A DNA stretch of 62,046 bases, filler included, from Nitrospinae bacterium RIFCSPLOWO2_12_FULL_45_22 (GTDB lineage Bacteria; 2-12-FULL-45-22), in NCBI GenBank assembly GCA_001803565.1. It is 5 parts of 5 records of this genome, joined end to end, with 100 filler letters (N's around TTAATTAATTAA, not from the genome) between each part and the next. Parts side by side here need not be neighbours in the genome. Positions count along the whole stretch, not along the records: positions 1 to 29,804 come from MHDQ01000092.1; 4 more parts are not named here. One strand, given 5' to 3'. This document shows, piece after piece, positions 20,344 through 29,047 of this stretch (position 1 is the first letter of the stretch; each line of letters starts with the position of its first letter). A model generated the notes under the pieces. That model did not search any database. It was not told the DNA's origin and worked only from the letters and a program-made list of their open reading frames with translations. Both the position numbers and the translations under genes were made by a program.

Positions 20344-21207
20344 ATGTCTGAAAATAAATGGGTCTATTATAAAAATAACGGAATAGCAAACAGGTCCGCC
20401 ATTACTGTTGACCTAGAAGACTGGTACCACAGCATAGAGTCTATTCCGGTTCAGGACTGGGATAAGTATGAATCTCGATTGGAGGAAAATACTTATAGGA
20501 TACTGGAAATTCTTAACCAGTATGAGGTAAAAGCAACTTTTTTTGTGCTGGGGTACGTGGCTGAAAAGTTTCCGGCCTTAGTAAAAACGATTCAATTATT
20601 AGGCCACGAAATAGCAACCCATGGATATTTTCATAGACTTATTTATCGGTTGACACCTGAAGCATTTAGAGAAGACTTGAAGCGGTCCATTAAGGTAATC
20701 GAAGACCTGACACAGCAGAGAGTTTTGGGGTATAGAGCACCTTATTGGACCATTACTAAAGAGTCTTACTGGGCTCTAGAGGTCCTTCAGGAGGAGGGTA
20801 TAAGATACGATTCAAGCATTTATCCGATAAAAACTTATCTATACGGTATCCCCGATTCGCCTAAATATCCTTATATCATCAAAGAAAATAACGGGAATAA
20901 ATTAATTGAGTTTCCTCCCTCGATTATTACGATCTGGGGTTTGAGGGTACCGATGGGGGGAGGTTTTTACATGAGGGCATTGCCATCTTGGTTCATACGC
21001 TGGGGGATTAAAAAAATTAACCAAGAAGGCCAACCGGCACTAATATATATCCATCCTCCCGAATTTGATCCTCTGAAACCGGTCATAAAATTACCCTTGA
21101 AAGAAAAAATACTACATTATTACAACCTGGGAGTAATTGAACAGAAGCTCAAATCATTATTATCAGCGTTTTCATTTTATCCATTAAAAGAAATCCTAAA
21201 TCTATAA
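20344..21207 (+). CDS. Polysaccharide deacetylase (DUF3473-type)
   Basis: TVDLEDWY, KATFFVLG, HEIATHGYFH, GYRAP, GGGFYMR, YIHPPEFDP. Confidence 0.9.
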   Translation: MSENKWVYYKNNGIANRSAITVDLEDWYHSIESIPVQDWDKYESRLEENTYRILEILNQYEVKATFFVLGYVAEKFPALVKTIQLLGHEIATHGYFHRLIYRLTPEAFREDLKRSIKVIEDLTQQRVLGYRAPYWTITKESYWALEVLQEEGIRYDSSIYPIKTYLYGIPDSPKYPYIIKENNGNKLIEFPPSIITIWGLRVPMGGGFYMRALPSWFIRWGIKKINQEGQPALIYIHPPEFDPLKPVIKLPLKEKILHYYNLGVIEQKLKSLLSAFSFYPLKEILNL

Positions 21208-21219
21208 ACACTTCAATAT

Positions 21220-21798
21220 ATGCCTTCTCCTATAGGACATTCAATAGTCGGATACCTTGGTTACCGTTATGGTTTTCAGAATAAAGAAAACGGTAACATG
21301 AAAGCCATGTTTTTTTGTATCCTCTGTGCAAACTTGCCAGACCTGGATTTTTTGCCAGGCTTAATCATTGGGCAGTCAGATAGATTTCATGGGGGTATTA
21401 GTCATAGTATGGGGGTTTCCTTTATATTGGCCAGCATTATGCCGTTGGCTCTCAGTACTAAAAACGCAAAAGGGCTCGGGAGAATATGGTTATTACTTTT
21501 AGGCATCTTTATTTCTCATCCGATTCTCGATTTCCTTGCGATCGATACGGGTTACCCTTTTGGGAAGCCTTTATTTTGGCCGATTAGCGCTGATTATTAT
21601 CAATCTCCTATACTCCTTTTCTCTGATGTCTGGCGGTCTCCTTCTAGCTCAGATTTCTTCATCAGCCTTTTCAGTTGGCATAATTTTTATGCTGTACTCA
21701 GAGAAATACTTGTTATGAGTTCACTCATTGCTTTACTGAAGATGGCCCTAATAACACAAAGGAGGTTTAAAGAGGGCTTGATAAAAGATATGGCCTAG
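21220..21798 (+). CDS. YdjM-like membrane metal-dependent hydrolase
   Basis: PSPIGHS, LPDLD, HGGISHS, SHPILD, LFWP. Confidence 0.82.
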   Translation: MPSPIGHSIVGYLGYRYGFQNKENGNMKAMFFCILCANLPDLDFLPGLIIGQSDRFHGGISHSMGVSFILASIMPLALSTKNAKGLGRIWLLLLGIFISHPILDFLAIDTGYPFGKPLFWPISADYYQSPILLFSDVWRSPSSSDFFISLFSWHNFYAVLREILVMSSLIALLKMALITQRRFKEGLIKDMA

Positions 21799-21856
21799 GA
21801 TCCTTCACCTGATATTTATTCTATTAAACCGATAAGTAAGAGTTAAGAGGTTAGCT

Positions 21857-22837
21857 ATGGTTGTTCAGACAAAAGAAAAAATCGATATTTCCATAATTAT
21901 TCCCGTATACAATGAAGAGAGGAATATCGCTCCTCTGTGCCATCTTATCACTGAACAGATGGATGGCATAGGGAGGGAATATGAGGTGTTATTTATTGAT
22001 GATGGAAGTAAAGACAGCACCTTTGAAGAGTTGGGCAAAATTGCTAAGGATAATAGACGGGTTAAGGTCATTTCCTTTAGGCGGAATTTTGGCCAGACGG
22101 CCGCTATGATGGCCGGTTTTGACCATGCCCGCGGAGAGATCATAGTAGCGTTAGACGGCGATCTTCAGAATGACCCTAAAGATATCCCTAAGATTCTGGA
22201 TAAGCTTGAAGAGGGGTATGATATTGTCAGTGGCTGGCGGAAAAGCAGGCAGGACAACTTTATCCTGCGGATAATCCCTTCTAAGATAGCCAATTGGCTA
22301 ATAGGATTAATCACTGGCGTAAGACTCCACGATTATGGTTGTTCGTTAAAGGCATATCGGGCTGAGGTAATAAAGAACATCCGGCTATATGGTGATATGC
22401 ATCGGTTTATTCCAGCTCTGGCCAGTATGGCCGGAGGCAAGATCGCCGAGATCGAAGTAAATCACCTTCCCCGCAAGTATGGTAATTCCAACTATGGGTT
22501 ATCACGCACATTAAAGGTGATCTTGGATCTAATTGCCGTAAAATTCCTCCTGGCTTTTTCCACCAAACCTATTCAGTTATTTGGGCTTTTAGGGTTATCT
22601 TCGGTCTTCGGAGGTTTTCTTTTTTTATCTTTAGCCATTTTTATGAAAATTTATCTCAATACAGATATGACCGGAAATCCCCTCCTGCTCTTATCAGTAC
22701 TTCTGGTCTTACTAGGGGTTCAATTCATTGGCACTGGTTTGCTGGCAGAAGTTACTGTCCGTACCTACCACGAATCGCAAAATAAACCTACCTATCTGAT
22801 AAAGCAAATCATTGATAACGGGAAAATGGTTGAGTAG
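21857..22837 (+). CDS. Glycosyltransferase family 2 (polyprenyl-phosphate sugar synthase, ArnC/DPM1-like)
   Basis: IIPVYNEE, DDGSKD, RNFGQTAA, LDGDLQNDP, HRFIP, two C-terminal TM helices. Confidence 0.92.
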   Translation: MVVQTKEKIDISIIIPVYNEERNIAPLCHLITEQMDGIGREYEVLFIDDGSKDSTFEELGKIAKDNRRVKVISFRRNFGQTAAMMAGFDHARGEIIVALDGDLQNDPKDIPKILDKLEEGYDIVSGWRKSRQDNFILRIIPSKIANWLIGLITGVRLHDYGCSLKAYRAEVIKNIRLYGDMHRFIPALASMAGGKIAEIEVNHLPRKYGNSNYGLSRTLKVILDLIAVKFLLAFSTKPIQLFGLLGLSSVFGGFLFLSLAIFMKIYLNTDMTGNPLLLLSVLLVLLGVQFIGTGLLAEVTVRTYHESQNKPTYLIKQIIDNGKMVE

Positions 22838-22940
22838 TTGAGTAGCTAAGTGGTTGAGTAGTTAACTGGTTGAGTGGGAGATTGGTTGAGTGGCTTCCTA
22901 CTTAACGACTCAACCAGTTTCCCACTCAACCATTTGACCA
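22827..22940. repeat. Inverted octamer-array hairpin (GGTTGAGT / ACTCAACC)
   Basis: Left arm 22827-22893 of TGGTTGAG-like units, right arm 22899-22940 of CTCAACCA-like units; supplies the stop codon of the GT2 gene. Confidence 0.85.
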
Positions 22941-22950
22941 GAGGTTAAAG

Positions 22951-23721
22951 ATGGATCCGATAATAATTTTATTAGGATTTTCTGTAGGAATTTTGGTTGG
23001 TCTTACTGGCATGGGAGGCGGTGCCCTTATGACGCCGCTCCTTATCCTGGTTATGGGGGTACGGCCGGTCATTGCAATCGGAACAGATTTGGCCTATGCG
23101 GCCTTAACCAAGGTATTTGGTGCCTGGCAGCACTATCGTCAGGGAAATGTTGATACTAAGATAGCTTTCCCTATGATGAGTGCTAGTATCCCTGCTAGCC
23201 TTTTGGGGGTTTACCTTATACACATATTAAAGTCCCGATACCAGGTTAATGTTGATGCGCTGATCAAGAGTTCTTTGGGACTGGTTTTGATTTTAGTGGC
23301 CTTAATCCTCTTTTCTTTGCCCCTGCTGTTCCAAAAAAGAGGTGATACTACACAACTTATCCACTTGTGGGGTCCCAAATCGATAAAGAGTTTAATTCTA
23401 GGTGCAGTAGTGGGATTTTTGGTAGGCTTTACCTCCATAGGAAGTGGCACCCTGATCTTTGCCGGGTTAGCCTTTTGCTCTGCCTTACCACTCAAGAAGA
23501 TAGTCAGTACCGATGTCTTTCATGGGGCGTTTCTTACTGCCGCCGCAGGTCTAGCTCATTGGTGGAGTGCCAATATTGACCTCGCACTGCTGTTTCCTCT
23601 GCTCATAGGTTCTATACCCGGGGTATTAATAGGTTCAAAGTTGAGTGTATCTTTGCCCAATTGGATTTTACGGCCCATCCTCGCCAGTATCCTCTTATGG
23701 GCGGGAATAAAGTTAATTTAG
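22951..23721 (+). CDS. TauE/SafE sulfite exporter family membrane protein
   Basis: GLTGMGGGALMTP, AIGTDL, VGFTSIGSG, GSIPGVLIGS. Confidence 0.9.
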   Translation: MDPIIILLGFSVGILVGLTGMGGGALMTPLLILVMGVRPVIAIGTDLAYAALTKVFGAWQHYRQGNVDTKIAFPMMSASIPASLLGVYLIHILKSRYQVNVDALIKSSLGLVLILVALILFSLPLLFQKRGDTTQLIHLWGPKSIKSLILGAVVGFLVGFTSIGSGTLIFAGLAFCSALPLKKIVSTDVFHGAFLTAAAGLAHWWSANIDLALLFPLLIGSIPGVLIGSKLSVSLPNWILRPILASILLWAGIKLI

Positions 23722-23735
23722 TGGAGGTGCCAAAT

Positions 23736-25841
23736 ATGCATGCTTTAAGGGATGTATGGGATATTTTTACTTCCAGCTCCTGGTGGTTAATCGGCAACCC
23801 TAAAGTAGAACAGGTTCGCTACTTTGAGATCCTGGACCATGCCCAGGGCATAGTAAAAGCCGCCCATGAGTTGGAAAGTATAGCAGTGGGTTATGCGCCG
23901 TTAGCGGAGCTACTATTCCCTGTAGGAGAGATATTTAAAGATAGCCCGGTGGGATTGGGTAGCCAGCGTATACCCTGGGACCCCAGTGGGCTTCATACCG
24001 GTGGGACTTCCCCGGTAATTCTGAAAGAAGCCGGGGTTATCTTTGGCTTAATCGGGCATAGAGAAGCCCGGGATGACCTTGGCGAAGGACCACATCTCAA
24101 TAAACAGATAGGAATAGCATTGGATTATGGCATTATCCCTATCTTATGCTGTGGAGAGCCAAAAGGTTCTCTGGTAGAGTCAGAGACCGCACGGGAAAAG
24201 GCTTTAGAAGCAGAATTACTACCAGCCCTCGAGGGGTTTACCGCCGAGGAGCTCCTCCAGGGACAGCTCACCATAGCTTATGAGCCGGGTCATGTTATTG
24301 GGTTGGACCAACCTGCAGATATGGGCTATATCAGGAGCGGATTCTCCTTGATAAACAAGATATTGAGCAAACATCATCTGGAGGGCTTAGCCAGCAAAGG
24401 GAGGCTCCTCTATGGTGGTGGGGTAAATTCCGATACTATCCAGCAGGTATGGGGCCTGGATAGGCCGACCAGGGTCTTCTCGGGCGAGAACTGGGCAGGC
24501 TTCCTGGTGGGTAGGGCCAGTGCCTCACCAGACTTTATGGATATGATGGAAAAATGGCAGACCAAATTACGAGGAAAGGCAAAGGAAAAGGTAGAGGAAG
24601 AGGTAAAGGTACTTCAACCTCAACCTCTGCCTATACCTCGGATAGTGGCCCCCAAAAAGAGGGTCAGAGTAGCCGTCTATGGTATAGGGGAAGTGGGAGT
24701 TGGGTTTATAACCTCGGTATTTAAAGAAGACAATATAGAGATTGTCCAGTTGTTTAATATGGAAGTGGATACCGAGGACATCCGGGCAAGGATTTATAAG
24801 AGCCTGTTTATTGATAAAGATAAGGTATTTATAGATGACCACCATGTGGTGATAAGGGATGAGGTAAATCTGGCCGGAGAGATAGAGCTCGATGGTGAAG
24901 CAATAGCACTACAGACCCTGTTGAACCCCATAGGAAATGATTATACCAGGGTAGTAAAGGTCTTACGAGACCAGAGGATGTTAGTCACCCCGGCCCATGA
25001 CCCCCGAGAAGCAGCCTCACAGATGGTAAAGGATATAGATATTGTCGTTTTTACCGTCGGGGGACTGCTTAAAGAGTGGCACTTGCTCAATCCATTCCTG
25101 GAAGCCGGTGCTAAGCACATCATTGTCAGCTCTACCAGCCCGGCCGCCGATATCTCTATTGTCCCCGGATATAACCACCACCTGTTTAATCCTGCCCTGC
25201 ATAAGACTATAGCCTTAGGCTCTTGTACCAGCAATTGTGGGATACCCATAGCCGCTATTGTGGAGGAGGCTTTAGGCAAAGGTTCTATCCTGGGTTCCCT
25301 GGTGGTTACTATGCATTCCAAGACTAACTCCCAACAGATTGGTGACAAAGGGGCAGACCCTAAAGAAGAGGGCCTGCTCAATAACTTAATCTTAACTACC
25401 ACGGGGATCAAAGATATATTGAACAAAGAAGGCTTTTTCCCCTCCATCGGTACTGCTATAGATGCCTTCTCTACCCGGGCCCCGGTAGAAAAGGCATCCC
25501 TATTGGTTATGCTCCTACAAGTCCAATGGGCCGATGGGCTGACGCGTGAGGGCTTGCGTGAGATATTCAAAAAGGCTGCGGCCAGCCCCCGATGGCAAGG
25601 GATAGTGAATTATGATGCCGACCATGATGGGTCCAAGATCTACCAGAAAAGCCCTGCCGCAGCGGATATCTTTGGCCGGTTGATTAATGTGTGGCCCAAT
25701 CCCTGTCTGACCGAGAAACATAATGGGAAAAAGAGTAGCTCAGGTATCTCTACCCTGATTATCCCGGCGGCCTATGCCAATGTCTATGGCTATGGCTGCC
25801 AGGCCAAACGCCTCATGCAATATATGGGACAATTCCTCTAA
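23736..25841 (+). CDS. Divergent triosephosphate isomerase - glyceraldehyde-3-phosphate dehydrogenase fusion protein
   Basis: TIM motifs IGNPK, LIGHREAR, PILCCGE, IAYEP, LLYGGGV, LVGRAS; GAPDH motifs VAVYGIGEVG, SCTSNC, TMHSKTNSQ, LTTTG, RAPV, YANVYGY; ATG 23736 follows SD GGAGG. Confidence 0.85.
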   Translation: MHALRDVWDIFTSSSWWLIGNPKVEQVRYFEILDHAQGIVKAAHELESIAVGYAPLAELLFPVGEIFKDSPVGLGSQRIPWDPSGLHTGGTSPVILKEAGVIFGLIGHREARDDLGEGPHLNKQIGIALDYGIIPILCCGEPKGSLVESETAREKALEAELLPALEGFTAEELLQGQLTIAYEPGHVIGLDQPADMGYIRSGFSLINKILSKHHLEGLASKGRLLYGGGVNSDTIQQVWGLDRPTRVFSGENWAGFLVGRASASPDFMDMMEKWQTKLRGKAKEKVEEEVKVLQPQPLPIPRIVAPKKRVRVAVYGIGEVGVGFITSVFKEDNIEIVQLFNMEVDTEDIRARIYKSLFIDKDKVFIDDHHVVIRDEVNLAGEIELDGEAIALQTLLNPIGNDYTRVVKVLRDQRMLVTPAHDPREAASQMVKDIDIVVFTVGGLLKEWHLLNPFLEAGAKHIIVSSTSPAADISIVPGYNHHLFNPALHKTIALGSCTSNCGIPIAAIVEEALGKGSILGSLVVTMHSKTNSQQIGDKGADPKEEGLLNNLILTTTGIKDILNKEGFFPSIGTAIDAFSTRAPVEKASLLVMLLQVQWADGLTREGLREIFKKAAASPRWQGIVNYDADHDGSKIYQKSPAAADIFGRLINVWPNPCLTEKHNGKKSSSGISTLIIPAAYANVYGYGCQAKRLMQYMGQFL

Positions 25842-25923
25842 TTAAACCCAAATAGAAATCAAATAGAAATGATTTAATGAACCATCACTTTATTTTAAAT
25901 TCTTTTACCCCTAAACTATAACT

Positions 25924-26005
25924 AACGTCATCAGTAATTAGTCATTGGCCAATGCAGGCTATAAGGCTTTAAACTAATGACTAATGACGAGTAACCAATG
26001 ACGTT
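25924..26005. repeat. Inverted heptamer-array hairpin (GTCATTA / TAATGAC)
   Basis: AACGTCATCAGTAATTAGTCATTGG ... CTAATGACTAATGACGAGTAACCAATGACGTT with complementary termini. Confidence 0.75.
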
Positions 26006-26060
26006 CCATATATGATCAACGAATTAGAATGAACATATCAAAAATTAATGGAGGTGCTAA

Positions 26061-26864
26061 ATGGATCATCTAGACGAGCTAGAAAGTAAGAGTATCTATA
26101 TTATCAGGGAGGCGTATTATCAATTCAGAGACATCGGGATGCTCTGGTCTATCGGCAAGGATTCGACTACACTATTGTGGCTCTGCCGCAAGGCCTTCCT
26201 CGACCAGATCCCTTTCCCGGTCATCCATATTGATACCGCCTACAAATTTCCGCAGATCTATGGCTTCAGGGACAGATATGCAAGAGAATGGGGGTTGGCT
26301 CTGAAAGTGGCGCGAAACGAAGAGGCCCTCATGCAAGGGGTGGGCCCAAATAGTAATGACAAATTAAAGTGCTGCACGGAGCTCAAGACCATTGCATTAA
26401 AGCAACTAATTGCCAGGGAGGGCTATAAGGCTATTTTGCTGGGGATCAGACGGGATGAGCATGGTATAAGGGCCAAAGAGAGATACTTTTCTCCCCGGGA
26501 TCAACAATTCACCTGGGACTACAAGAACCAGCCTGCGGAGCTTTGGGACCAGTATAAATCCGAAGCAGATGATGAAACCCATTTACGGGTACATCCCCTG
26601 CTGCATTGGACTGAAGTAGATATCTGGAGCTATATCAAGCGAGAAAATATCCCCTTTATAGACCTTTACCGGGCAGTGGACGGGAAGAGATACCGTAGCA
26701 TTGGGTGCGAAACCTGTTGTGATCCAATACCCTCAGAGGCCGATGATATTGATTCTATTCTGGACGAACTTATCAATACTAAAACACGGGAAAGAGCTGG
26801 CCGGGCGCAAGACAAAGAACAGGCTTATATGATGCAGAAGCTTCGGGCATTGGGTTATATGTAA
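26061..26864 (+). CDS. cysD: Sulfate adenylyltransferase subunit 2
   Basis: LESKSIYIIREA, WSIGKDS, RAKERYFS, RVHPLLHWTE, YRSIGC; upstream of cysN. Confidence 0.93.
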   Translation: MDHLDELESKSIYIIREAYYQFRDIGMLWSIGKDSTTLLWLCRKAFLDQIPFPVIHIDTAYKFPQIYGFRDRYAREWGLALKVARNEEALMQGVGPNSNDKLKCCTELKTIALKQLIAREGYKAILLGIRRDEHGIRAKERYFSPRDQQFTWDYKNQPAELWDQYKSEADDETHLRVHPLLHWTEVDIWSYIKRENIPFIDLYRAVDGKRYRSIGCETCCDPIPSEADDIDSILDELINTKTRERAGRAQDKEQAYMMQKLRALGYM

Positions 26865-26866
26865 GG

Positions 26867-26899
26867 ACGTTCAGGGTTCAACGTTCAACGTTCTGCGTT
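26867..26899 (+). repeat. Left heptamer arm (ACGTTCA)n of four-helix-bundle element
   Basis: ACGTTCA GGGTTCA ACGTTCA ACGTTCT GCGTT immediately before ATG 26900. Confidence 0.85.
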
Positions 26900-27280
26900 A
26901 TGAAGATAGAAAGATTTGAGGATATAGAGGCATGGCAAGCAGCACGGAAACTGGTCCAGGAGGTCTATCGAATTACAAAAGGGATAGATTTTTCAAAAGA
27001 CTATGGGTTAAAGGATCAGATACAGAGGGCGGCTGTATCTGCTATGGCCAATATAGCAGAAGGGTTTGATGATCGATCAAATCAAGCATTCATCCAGTTT
27101 CTCAATTATGCTCTTCGATCTGTAACAGAAGTCCAGTCCCATTTATATGTAGCATTGGATCAGGAATATATAACCCAGAGTAACTTTGACGAACTTTATC
27201 AGCAGGCCAATCGAATAAAAAGTATAATAAACGGGTTTATCAGATACCTAAAAACATCAAAATTTGGCTATAAAACTTAG
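26900..27280 (+). CDS. Four helix bundle protein (23S rRNA-IVP / Avd-like family)
   Basis: FEDIEAWQ, DYGLKDQIQRAAVSAMANIAEGF, QFLNYALRSVTEVQSHLYVALDQEYI. Confidence 0.92.
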   Translation: MKIERFEDIEAWQAARKLVQEVYRITKGIDFSKDYGLKDQIQRAAVSAMANIAEGFDDRSNQAFIQFLNYALRSVTEVQSHLYVALDQEYITQSNFDELYQQANRIKSIINGFIRYLKTSKFGYKT

Positions 27281-27329
27281 AACGTAGCACGTCGAACGTA
27301 GAACCAAGAACGTAGCACGTCGCACGAAC
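27279..27329 (+). repeat. Right heptamer arm (AGAACGT)n of four-helix-bundle element
   Basis: Seven units AGAACGT AGCACGT CGAACGT AGAACCA AGAACGT AGCACGT CGCACGA; reverse complement of the left-arm unit. Confidence 0.88.
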
Positions 27330-27342
27330 AAAAGGAGGCAAA

Positions 27343-28743
27343 ATGGAGGATAAAAAATTAAAGTTGGTTATTGTGGGTCATGTGGACCATGGAAAATCAA
27401 CCCTTATAGGTAGATTGCTCTATGATAGCGGTTCTTTACCTCAGGGCCTTATGGAAGAGATTGAGCAGAGTCTGGTCCAATTGGGCAAACCAGTAGAATT
27501 TGCATATATAATGGATCACTTAGAAGAAGAGAGGATAGAAGAGAAGACTATTGATACGGCCCAGTCTTTCTTCAAAACGGATAATCGGAATTATGTGATT
27601 ATCGATACCCCGGGCCATAAGGAATTCATCAAGAATATGCTTACTGGAGCTTCGCAGGCCGACGCCGCAATCCTTATCGTCTCGGCAATAGAAGGCATAG
27701 AAGAGCAGACCAGGCGGCATGCTTATATTTTGGGTATGTTGGGATTGAAACAGGTCATTTTGGCCATTAATAAAATGGATTTAATAAATTATAGCCAGAC
27801 GCGATTCCAGGAGTTAAAAAATGAGGCTTTGTTATTTCTCGATTCTATGAAAATAAAGCCTCAACGTATCATCCCCATTTCTGCTAAGCAAGGAGATAAT
27901 ATTGGCTCTGTTTCAGGTAATATGAGTTGGTACCAGGGGCCATTTATCCTGGAGGCATTAGACCAGTTTAATATCAGGGAGTCCCTGAATGATAAGCCCT
28001 TTCGGTTTCCTATCCAGGACGTTTATTATGACGTTCTACGTTCAACGTGCGACGTTCCCGCAGAACGAAGAACCTCGAACGTAGAACCTATCCTGGTAGG
28101 AAGGGTGTCATCAGGTAAAATAAGGGTAGGTGATGAAGTAATAATATTTCCTACCAAGACCAGGACCAGAGTGAAATCTATCGAGATATTTCATAAAGAG
28201 AAAGATATAAAGTTAGAGGCCGAGGCAGGAGAGAGCATCGGGTTAACTTTGGAAGACGACCTAGAGGTAAGAAGGGGGCAGGTCATTTGTGCCTATTCCC
28301 CAACAGCCACAGCTCAATACCCATGGTTAACCACCAGGATAAACACAAATATCTTTTGGATCTCTCCCATCCCTTTAAATATTGATGCTCAATCGAGTAT
28401 TTCCTCACCCAACCACCCAACCACCCAACCGCCCAACCGCTCAACCACTCAACCACTCAACCACTCCCCCATCACCATTCGCTGCGCTACGACTGAAGAG
28501 ATTTGCTCGATAGATAAGATTGAGACAAAGTTTGATTCTTCTACCTTAGAGATCATAGAGGAAGATGGGAAGGTATTGGGAGAGACAGAGGTGGGAAAAG
28601 TTGTTATTTCTATTGAAAAACCCATGGTATTTGAGGACTTTAATGAGATTGAAGAACTTGGACGCTTTGTCCTGGTAAAGGAAGGACAGATCTGTGCCGG
28701 GGGCATCATTACAGATATAGATAGAGGTATAGGTGGAGGATAA
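27343..28743 (+). CDS. cysN: Sulfate adenylyltransferase subunit 1 (GTPase) with two repeat-derived in-frame insertions; no fused APS kinase
   Basis: [32 protein letters not shown]...AGGII; follows cysD. Confidence 0.9.
   Translation: MEDKKLKLVIVGHVDHGKSTLIGRLLYDSGSLPQGLMEEIEQSLVQLGKPVEFAYIMDHLEEERIEEKTIDTAQSFFKTDNRNYVIIDTPGHKEFIKNMLTGASQADAAILIVSAIEGIEEQTRRHAYILGMLGLKQVILAINKMDLINYSQTRFQELKNEALLFLDSMKIKPQRIIPISAKQGDNIGSVSGNMSWYQGPFILEALDQFNIRESLNDKPFRFPIQDVYYDVLRSTCDVPAERRTSNVEPILVGRVSSGKIRVGDEVIIFPTKTRTRVKSIEIFHKEKDIKLEAEAGESIGLTLEDDLEVRRGQVICAYSPTATAQYPWLTTRINTNIFWISPIPLNIDAQSSISSPNHPTTQPPNRSTTQPLNHSPITIRCATTEEICSIDKIETKFDSSTLEIIEEDGKVLGETEVGKVVISIEKPMVFEDFNEIEELGRFVLVKEGQICAGGIITDIDRGIGGG
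28031..28089. repeat. 4+4 heptamer inverted array inserted in frame in cysN
   Basis: ACGTTCT ACGTTCA ACGTGCG ACGTTCC cgc AGAACGA AGAACCT CGAACGT AGAACCT. Confidence 0.88.
28406..28466 (+). repeat. Octamer tandem array (CACYCAAC, about 7.6 copies) in frame in cysN
   Basis: CACCCAAC x3, CGCCCAAC, CGCTCAAC, CACTCAAC x2, CACTC; encodes the low-complexity stretch [20 protein letters not shown]. Confidence 0.9.
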
Positions 28744-29047
28744 GGTGTTTAAGACATTTAAAGATATGCCCATATGGCAAGAGGCAATGGCAGTGGCTGA
28801 GAATATTTTTAAACTTACAGAAAATTTACCTACGAAAGAAGATTATGGGTTTACCTCGCAAATCCGGAGGGCAGCCTTAAGCATTTCTGCCAATATAGCG
28901 GAGGCCTATGGCCGCAATCATACATTGGATAAGATCAATTTCTATTACTTTGGCCGGGGATCAATTACGGAGACCCAAAGCCAGCTTGAATACGGCCGCA
29001 GAGCTCGATACCTTATAACTTCTTTTAAAAGTAAAATTGAGAAATAG
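28733..29047 (+). CDS. Four helix bundle protein, short (last helix apparently deleted)
   Basis: [44 protein letters not shown]; flanked by complementary hexamer arrays (28713-28739 AGRTAK-like; 29054-29076 ACCTCT-like). Confidence 0.85.
   Translation: MEDKVFKTFKDMPIWQEAMAVAENIFKLTENLPTKEDYGFTSQIRRAALSISANIAEAYGRNHTLDKINFYYFGRGSITETQSQLEYGRRARYLITSFKSKIEK

Noticed and set aside
88-22837. Labelling the EPS locus as a PEP-CTERM/exosortase system
   Set aside because: Several genes resemble those of such loci, but no exosortase or PEP-CTERM protein is visible in the window.
22827-22940. Short repeat arrays as CRISPR
   Set aside because: Units are 6-9 nt, tandem and without unique spacers; no cas genes seen.
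23661-23735. TTG start at 23661 for the TIM-GAPDH fusion
   Set aside because: Overlaps the tauE 3' end; ATG 23736 has a well-spaced GGAGG.
26900-27280. Diversity-generating retroelement or rRNA intervening sequence
   Set aside because: The Avd/IVP-like fold is present, but I see no reverse transcriptase, no template/variable repeat pair and no rRNA sequence in the window.
22827-28466. A 5.6-kb composite element bounded by the octamer arms at 22827-22893 and 28406-28466
   Set aside because: The units are complementary, but the left arm already has a local partner and the right array lies mid-cysN; there is no boundary evidence.
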